A stretch of 63,856 bases of DNA, counting the filler, from Myxococcota bacterium (GTDB lineage: Bacteria > Myxococcota_C > UBA6777): the NCBI GenBank assembly GCA_023150835.1. It is 3 parts of 3 records of this genome, joined end to end, with 100 filler letters (N's around TTAATTAATTAA, not from the genome) between each part and the next. Parts side by side here need not be neighbours in the genome. Positions count along the whole stretch, not along the records: positions 57,459 to 63,856 come from JAKLKB010000207.1; 2 more parts are not named here. One strand, given 5' to 3'. Below are positions 57,616 through 63,856 of the stretch, piece by piece. Positions within the stretch are counted from its first letter, which is position 1; each line of letters begins with the position of its first letter. Position numbers and translations under genes: made by a program. Below the pieces are notes generated by a model. It searched no databases. It was not told the origin of the DNA and was given only the letters and a program-made list of their open reading frames with translations.

Positions 57616-58050
57616 ATGGAACGCTATACTTGGGAATCCCCCACCACAACCTTTGAGACCTTGCGCAAGCAAGTCTCTTGGTTTGGTGGAGGGAGGATGT
57701 CAAACGTTACAACTCGTTGCTTTAGCCAACACCTGCTTGCGCACTGCCGCAGAATTGTTTTCTGGACTATTTCGACCGATACGCGATTCCTCTCTTTACG
57801 AGCGCCTTTGCTCGTTACAGCCCTTGTTGCGGGAGCTTTTGCTTGATCTGTCCGAGAACTCTCTCAAACTCGCCCAGAATTCGATCTTTTTGTTCGACGG
57901 CTCTGTCGTCAACCGCCTCGGCGAGAAGGGTTCAACATGGCGAATGCACTTGCTTTTTCACCTCGACAAGATGCGATTTTGTTTCGCCGACTTGACCATC
58001 GCGAAAGTGGCCGAGTCGACGCAAAGGTTGCCCGAGCGTGCGTTGGATCG
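57616..58050 (+). pseudogene. IS4-family-like transposase fragment
   Basis: ...IRDSSLYERL...IFLFDGSVVNRLGEKGSTWRMHLLFHL...LTIAKVAES..R resembles the N-terminus and first catalytic Asp region of IS4-type DDE transposases. The downstream DDE part is missing. Confidence 0.55.
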
Positions 58051-58144
58051 GAAATTGGCAGCGAAGAAGCACGCAGGAGGACGAAGCAAACAAAGCAACA
58101 GGGGGAGGAGGGACAAAAGAAGAGGGGAGAGGCGAGAAGAAAAC

Positions 58145-61100
58145 TTACACCGAGCGGAAACGGCGACGCACGGACCACAACAACACGCCCAACAACAGCC
58201 ACATCAACAGCAACGAATGACCGCCTGTTTGCGTCGTTTGGCAGCTACACCCCGGCATATCACCTTCGCCACTTCCTTCCGTCGTGGTTTGTTCGATACC
58301 CTGCTCTTTTACGACTTCGGGATCTCCTCCGGTCGCTGGTTCTGTGATGGTATTTCCGCTGTCTTCGGAGACGACTTCGTCGGTGGCTTCTGGGGCGAGA
58401 GGTTCTTCTTCGTAGATCGGCTCACCGGGGGGGCCTTGTTTGGGATCTTGGGGGCGGTTGGTGCAATGGCCCGAACGACACACCGTCCCCGCAGGGCAAG
58501 TGATCGAAGCACAAGGATCATGCGCACAAACGCCGTCTTTGCAGTACTGTCCACCATGACAAGCCCCTTCGGGACAGCGCTTTTGACAGCTCCCTTCTCG
58601 ACAGGTTTGGTCGGCCCCACCGCAGTTTTGATCATCACAGGTGTTTTTCTCGCATTTGTCATCTTTGCAGACTTCATCGGGTGCACAATCGCATGCCTTG
58701 ATGCACTTGCCTTCGCGGCAGTATTCGCGATCCGCACAAGTGATCCCCGCGCAAGGATCCGCTGTACATTTCCCATTGACGCACTGCTTCCCGGGCTCGC
58801 AACCATACGCATAACAATCGGGCGGCACACAGCGGCCCCGCCGACAAAGCTGATCGCTCGGACACTTCACCCCCACACAAAGATCCTCGCACCGGCCCTC
58901 TTTGCACACATAGCCGTCTGGACAAGCGACGTTTGTACACGTTTTCCCGACACAAAAACCACCTTCACAAGACTGACCTTGTGGACACTCTTCGTTGCGG
59001 CACTTGGGACGACAACCCGAATCCACGCATTTGGCTCCGCTGTCGCAACTGGCCGTCCCTTCGTCCACTTGGCCGTCGCAGTTGTCATCTTTTCCGTTGC
59101 AGACCTCGGGTTGTGGTTGGGGGGCGGTGCATGTGTTCCAATCGCCACGTATGCAGCTTTGCTCGCCTTCACCACAAGCGGTCGTACACTTGCGCGTCAA
59201 ACCTTCGTCGATCTTTCCATCGCAGTTGTCGTCTTGACCGTTGCAAACTTCGGCTGTTGGGGTCTTTCCTTGCTTGTGGACACAAGCAGTCCATGAGCCT
59301 TCTTTGCAGGTCTGTGTGCCTTCACCGCAAACGTGCTGGCAATCGCGTACAAGATCTTCGTCAGCCTGTCCATCGCAATCGTTGTCGCGTGCATCGCAGA
59401 CTTCTGCTTCAGGCGTTCCGGGAGTGACACTACATTCGACGCCCGTCCCATCGGCCTTGCACTTAAACACGCCTGTTCGATAACAGATCCCTGTCCCAAC
59501 GCCACAGCTTTTTCCTTTTTCGGGAAACGTCTCGTCGATCTTGCCGTTGCAGTCGTCGTCTTTGTCGTTGCACGTTTCTTTTGGCAGCGTACAAGTCGTC
59601 CACTGGCCTTTGCTGCATACCTGCGTCCCAACGCACTTGCCAGTATCACAGGGGCGAGAGAGACCGTTATCGATCTGCCCGTCGCAGTCGTCATCTTTGT
59701 TATTGCATTCTTCGGGTTTGGCATTGACCTTGACACAAGCGCCCCATTGACCGGCACTACAAGTCTCGATGCCGCACGTTCCGCAAGGGCGCGTCAAGCC
59801 GTCGTCGATCTTGCCGTTGCAGTCGTCGTCTTTGTTGTTGCATACCTCTGTTTGCGGGCGCACAGAACAAGTCCCCCAAGCATTGTTGCTGCACGTTTCG
59901 GTTCCTGTTCCACAGGTGTTCGTACAAGGCCGAGTACCCGAGGCGTTGCACGATCCCCATGTGTTGTTCGAGCAGCTTTGCGTGCCTGTTCCACAATTGT
60001 TCGTACAAGGTCGATTACCCGTTGCGTTGCAAGTGCTCCATTTGCCGGCACTACAGGTCTGTGTGCCTGTTCCGCAAGTGCTGGTGCAGGCTTGTGGGGC
60101 GATGTTGTCGTCGATCTTTCCGTTGCAATCGTCGTCTTGATTGTTGCAGATCTCGGGAACGCCTTGCGAACCTTGGCAAGCGCTCCATTGACCGGCACTA
60201 CAGGTCTGTGTCCCGCCACCACAACAACCACGCGTCAGTCCGTCGTCGATCTTTCCGTTGCAGTCGTCGTCTTTGTTGTTGCAGGTCTCGGTTTTGGGCG
60301 ACACCGAACATGTTCCCCAACGGTTGTTGCTACACGACTCGGTGCCTGTTCCACAAGCATTGGTGCAAGGGCGTGTCCCTGTTGCGTTGCACGAACCCCA
60401 TGTGTTGTTGCTGCATGACTCGGTGCCTGTTCCACAGGTGTTCGTACAGGGCCGAGTACCCGAGACGTTGCACGATCCCCACGTGTTGTTCGAGCAGCTT
60501 TGCGTGCCTGTTCCGCAATTGTTCGTACAAGCGCGCTGTCCTGTTGCGTTGCAAGTCCCCCATTTGCCGGCACTACAGGTCTGTGTGCCTGTTCCGCAGT
60601 CGTTGGTACAGGCTTGTGGAGTGACGTTATCGTCGATTTTTCCGTTGCAGTCGTTGTCTTTGTTGTCGCAGATCTCGGGACTCGGAGAGGGTGCGTTGCA
60701 ATTCCCCCAGACTCCGGCGGTACAAGTCTCTTGACCTTTGCAGCCGAGCTTGTTGCAATCGCGTACAAGGCCCTGATCGACCTTGCCGTCGCAATCGTTG
60801 TCCTTGTTGTCGCAGATCTCGGTTTTCGCATTTTTTGTTGCGTTGGTGATGATCGTGTTCATCACCGCGATCAGATCGGCAGCGCTGTTCGAGACGTAGT
60901 ACTTGATATTTCCTGCGAGATCCGTCCCACCGCGTGTGGCGAGATCGTTGAGGCAGACAGGGTTGACCAACGCGCCAAAGCCCACCACATAGGTCTTTAC
61001 GTCGTAGGCCAAGCCTTTCACATTCAACGTACGCAACGCCGTCACTTCCGCGCTTGGGCAACGATCCGAAGGCTCCCCGTCCGTAATAAACAAGACCGAC

Positions 61101-61489
61101 GTGGGCCGCCCCGGGATCGGATCTGCGTTCAAAGAGCGATTGATCTCGGTTGTTGCGGTGTTCAGAGCAGAGACCATAAAGGTCTGCCCAAGTGGATTGA
61201 TGTTGTCCAACGCCGATTGCAGCGCAGCAACGGCTGTCGGCAACGGAGCATCCACCGAGGCCGCATCCGAAAAGGTCACCAAACCAAAGCGTACCTGTGT
61301 GCTGTAGGTGTTGGTCACGCTTTTGAGGGCTGTTTTGGCATCCGTCCACTTATTGTTGGTCAGCATACTCCCCGATCGATCGAGGATCACCAAGATATTT
61401 GGGGGATCACAAAAAGCAAAGACTGTGTTGGAAAACAAGATCGCGAACGCCAGAACGGATACAAACCCAACCGCTCTCCACCGCTGCAT
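58145..61489 (-). CDS. VWA-domain surface protein with Cys-rich (ExCxxxDxDCxGxxD) repeats and a MYXO-CTERM-like anchor
   Basis: Signal peptide, ILDRSGSM MIDAS, FITDGEP, many EICDNKDNDCDGKVD-type repeats and a C-terminal GCSCQTT-hydrophobic-RRR. Confidence 0.88.
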   Translation of the reverse strand: MQRWRAVGFVSVLAFAILFSNTVFAFCDPPNILVILDRSGSMLTNNKWTDAKTALKSVTNTYSTQVRFGLVTFSDAASVDAPLPTAVAALQSALDNINPLGQTFMVSALNTATTEINRSLNADPIPGRPTSVLFITDGEPSDRCPSAEVTALRTLNVKGLAYDVKTYVVGFGALVNPVCLNDLATRGGTDLAGNIKYYVSNSAADLIAVMNTIITNATKNAKTEICDNKDNDCDGKVDQGLVRDCNKLGCKGQETCTAGVWGNCNAPSPSPEICDNKDNDCNGKIDDNVTPQACTNDCGTGTQTCSAGKWGTCNATGQRACTNNCGTGTQSCSNNTWGSCNVSGTRPCTNTCGTGTESCSNNTWGSCNATGTRPCTNACGTGTESCSNNRWGTCSVSPKTETCNNKDDDCNGKIDDGLTRGCCGGGTQTCSAGQWSACQGSQGVPEICNNQDDDCNGKIDDNIAPQACTSTCGTGTQTCSAGKWSTCNATGNRPCTNNCGTGTQSCSNNTWGSCNASGTRPCTNTCGTGTETCSNNAWGTCSVRPQTEVCNNKDDDCNGKIDDGLTRPCGTCGIETCSAGQWGACVKVNAKPEECNNKDDDCDGQIDNGLSRPCDTGKCVGTQVCSKGQWTTCTLPKETCNDKDDDCNGKIDETFPEKGKSCGVGTGICYRTGVFKCKADGTGVECSVTPGTPEAEVCDARDNDCDGQADEDLVRDCQHVCGEGTQTCKEGSWTACVHKQGKTPTAEVCNGQDDNCDGKIDEGLTRKCTTACGEGEQSCIRGDWNTCTAPQPQPEVCNGKDDNCDGQVDEGTASCDSGAKCVDSGCRPKCRNEECPQGQSCEGGFCVGKTCTNVACPDGYVCKEGRCEDLCVGVKCPSDQLCRRGRCVPPDCYAYGCEPGKQCVNGKCTADPCAGITCADREYCREGKCIKACDCAPDEVCKDDKCEKNTCDDQNCGGADQTCREGSCQKRCPEGACHGGQYCKDGVCAHDPCASITCPAGTVCRSGHCTNRPQDPKQGPPGEPIYEEEPLAPEATDEVVSEDSGNTITEPATGGDPEVVKEQGIEQTTTEGSGEGDMPGCSCQTTQTGGHSLLLMWLLLGVLLWSVRRRFRSV

Positions 61490-61862
61490 AGTCGAACTCC
61501 TTTTCGTGAAAGCACCCTCACCGCGAAACAAGACGATGGATCGGTGCTTGGTTGTCGCCCCCCCCGCACCCTTTTTGTCTTAACACGGAAGATCAAAAAC
61601 TTCGAGAAAAACTTTGAAGACACCTTTGCAACAACACGACAACATTCTTTTTGGATCAGCACAACATCTCCCCCTTCGCCTATGACCCTGCCTTTGCCTT
61701 TCCAATCTCAGATCGGCGCAAAAAACCTTCACCGCTGCTGCGCAGTGTTCGCTGAGTTGCGATTCAGGATTGACGCCCTTTTGCAACCCCGCTAAGTTAA
61801 GGGGCGATTTTTCTTTTGATCTTTATTGTATAGATGACGCAGTTCTGTGTAAGGAGGATGGG

Positions 61863-63329
61863 GTGAACAGCATCCAATCAAACGCATCGCGTATCCCTCG
61901 AACAATCGGTCTTTTTTTGTGGCTTGCTTTGGGTGTCGGACTCGCTGTTGTGTCTTTCGCTTGCGATGGCAAAGCCCCCATCACCCAGAACAGCGAGACA
62001 TCGACCCAAAGCGGCAAAGAATCCAACGACCGCGAGCCTCCCACCACCGAGGACGCAAGCCCCGAATCATCGGTCGATACAGCTCCTGAATCACCCATCG
62101 AAGCAGCTCCTGAATCATCCGTCGAGACAACTCCCGAAGCATCCGCCGAAATGTCCGCCGAGATCGCCCCTGAGCCAGCCCCAGAACCCACGCCCGAAAA
62201 GATCACTTGTCCCCCTCCAAAAGGCGAGCCGATCGATCGCGTGTACCGGTGGCGCGACGATCTCAAGATCGACGCGCCGCTGTTGCTTTATGGGCAACTC
62301 GACGCTTGCAAGGGAGACGCCTTTCGCATCGTTGCACCCGCCAAGATGGAGATCACGTTTGAAGTCTACGATCTCACCAAGGGCGACGAGATCACACTCA
62401 CCGTTTACAACACCCGCCGACTGAATGGACGCGCCCCCGACAAAGCACTCGCCCAAGGCGATGCCAAAGCCGACCCTTGGATCTATGTCCAAGCCACCAT
62501 CGATCGTTCAGGCGAGATCGGTGTGGTGCTTGATGCAGCCCGCTCCAATCGCCCGATCCGCTATGGCCTCAAAGCCTACTGCTCCAAAAACTGCCATCTC
62601 GAAACCTCGCGTTTTCCGATTGTTTTGATGCACGGTTTTATGGGAACAGACAAATACTTCGGTTTTCTCGACTACTACTACAAAGTCAAGCCCCATCTCG
62701 AAAGCAAGGGCTACAGCATCTTTACCCCAGTTGTCCAACCCATCGCCAGTTCCAGCACCCGCGTCCAAAGCCTCAAAGGCCAGATCGACGATATCTTTCT
62801 CCAGACGGGTACACGCAAGGTCAATTTGATCGCACACAGCCAAGGAGGCGTGGACGGGCGGCTGTTGATCGTCTCGCAAAGTTACGCCAACCTTGTCGCA
62901 AGCCTGACAACGATCAGCACGCCCCATCGGGGTGTTCCCGTCCCCAACCTGCTGATCCAACCCTCCGAAGAACTCGGCGAAAAAAACATGGAAGACTACA
63001 ACAAAAAATACCCCGATGATCCGCGTGTCAAATACTACTCTTGGGCAGGCGTGACCTGCGGCTTGCTCGATAGCGATTGCCGAAAAAAATACAAAGATGA
63101 AGTCGTCGATCCCTTCATCAGCGCGATCTACGTGACGCTCAAAGAACTGCGCGGCCCCAACGACGGGATCGTCACCGTCGAAAGCGCCAAGTGGGGAACC
63201 TTCCTTGGCGAGATCCCTGCCGATCATTTCGATGAAGTCGGCCAGATCGCCGATACCAACAACACCGCCTTTAACCACCTCGAATTTTACCTCAACGAAG
63301 CTCGACGCTTAACCAAGGCTGGCTTCTAA
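61863..63329 (+). CDS. Triacylglycerol lipase (lipoprotein with an acidic linker and an extra N-terminal beta domain)
   Basis: AAGGAGG RBS plus GTG; SFAC lipobox; FPIVLMHG, NLIAHSQGG, TISTPHRG, NDGIV and DHFDEVGQ. Confidence 0.88.
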   Translation: MNSIQSNASRIPRTIGLFLWLALGVGLAVVSFACDGKAPITQNSETSTQSGKESNDREPPTTEDASPESSVDTAPESPIEAAPESSVETTPEASAEMSAEIAPEPAPEPTPEKITCPPPKGEPIDRVYRWRDDLKIDAPLLLYGQLDACKGDAFRIVAPAKMEITFEVYDLTKGDEITLTVYNTRRLNGRAPDKALAQGDAKADPWIYVQATIDRSGEIGVVLDAARSNRPIRYGLKAYCSKNCHLETSRFPIVLMHGFMGTDKYFGFLDYYYKVKPHLESKGYSIFTPVVQPIASSSTRVQSLKGQIDDIFLQTGTRKVNLIAHSQGGVDGRLLIVSQSYANLVASLTTISTPHRGVPVPNLLIQPSEELGEKNMEDYNKKYPDDPRVKYYSWAGVTCGLLDSDCRKKYKDEVVDPFISAIYVTLKELRGPNDGIVTVESAKWGTFLGEIPADHFDEVGQIADTNNTAFNHLEFYLNEARRLTKAGF

Positions 63330-63332
63330 TCC

Positions 63333-63737
63333 ATGAAACAACCGAACGCTTCTGCTTTTCCACACGGTGGCGATGTTCTTGCCACACAAGGCCCCAGCCC
63401 ATCGACACCGACGCCCCGCTCTGAAGGGGATATCGGCGCGGACGCTTTCGCAACAGGCGGAATGCTCCAAGGCGCGCAACCTACGCCAAGTCCGGGGCAG
63501 CGCATCGCCAATCGTTACACGATCCTTCGTCTGCTTGGGGCAGGTGGGATGGGGCAAGTCTTTCTTGTTCACGACAGCCTGTGCGATCAGCAACTCGCCC
63601 TAAAACGCTTGCATCCGCACCTTGCGCACGATCCGACTCTTCAAAAGCGCTTTATCGAAGAGATCAAGATCGCGCAAACGCTCTCCCATCCGGGTTTTCT
63701 CAAGATTGTTGGAGTCGAGGCTCATGTTGTGTTTTGA
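63333..63737 (+). pseudogene. Ser/Thr protein kinase, N-terminal part only (interrupted)
   Basis: RYTILRLLGAGGMGQVF, LALKRL and RFIEEIKIAQTLSHP, then an abrupt stop before HRD/DFG. Confidence 0.8.
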
Positions 63738-63856
63738 GGTCTTTTTCTAAAAACGTGGTATCATCGGGCTTCATGGCTTGTTTCTCCTTGAGAAGAGAGG
63801 TTCAAGATGAACGTCAATATCCAGAATTTGATAGATGATGCCCAGTGCTACGACAC
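63719..63856 (+). mobile_element. IS1595/ISXO2-like insertion sequence, left end; transposase starts at 63807 and runs off the window
   Basis: GAGAGG RBS, then MNVNIQNLIDDAQCYD, typical of the pre-zinc-ribbon N-terminus of this transposase type. The left end is placed tentatively at GGCTCATG. Confidence 0.6.

Noticed and set aside
58050-59296. C-terminal part of the 547-aa ORF, and ORFs 59333-60418 and 60500-61795
   Set aside because: Antisense shadows of the VWA/Cys-rich gene.

Overview
The window is three scaffolded contigs, joined by 100-nt N-linkers with a TTAATTAATTAA core at 28636-28735 and 57359-57458. They come from a bacterium that looks like a member of Myxococcota (inference from a MYXO-CTERM-like Cys-rich VWA protein, acidic-linker lipoproteins, an AglR/TolQ-like protein, and FHA-TPR and Ser/Thr kinase genes). 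Contig 1 carries mobA, xseA, radC, a serA-like dehydrogenase, a GH31 glycosidase, a cysteine-less flavoprotein reductase, a degenerate multi-receiver regulator and a ~2,490-aa polytopic membrane protein. Contig 2 carries a Lol/MacB-like ABC system with an outer-membrane partner, gloA, MFS/LysR/SDR genes and an unusual periplasmic nitrate reductase operon. That operon sits behind a perfect FNR box and reads napD, napA, duplicated tetraheme napB, a second tetraheme cytochrome c, NrfC-like, NrfD-like, a membrane protein and cytochrome c'. It has no napC or napGH. Contig 3 has an IS4-like remnant, the VWA/Cys-repeat surface protein, a lipase and a kinase cut by an IS1595-like element. The strongest non-coding signal is a nested set of three small repeat families. 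Family A (~115 bp, carrying a GTAG-REP hairpin) repeatedly starts inside TAA stop codons. Family B (~116-170 bp) has AGGA(G/C)T(G/T)ACGCAGTT termini. Family C (~241 bp) sits inside the palindromes of A or B in all three copies. No CRISPR-Cas, tRNA or rRNA gene was recognised. All family assignments come from motif recognition by eye; no database search was run.
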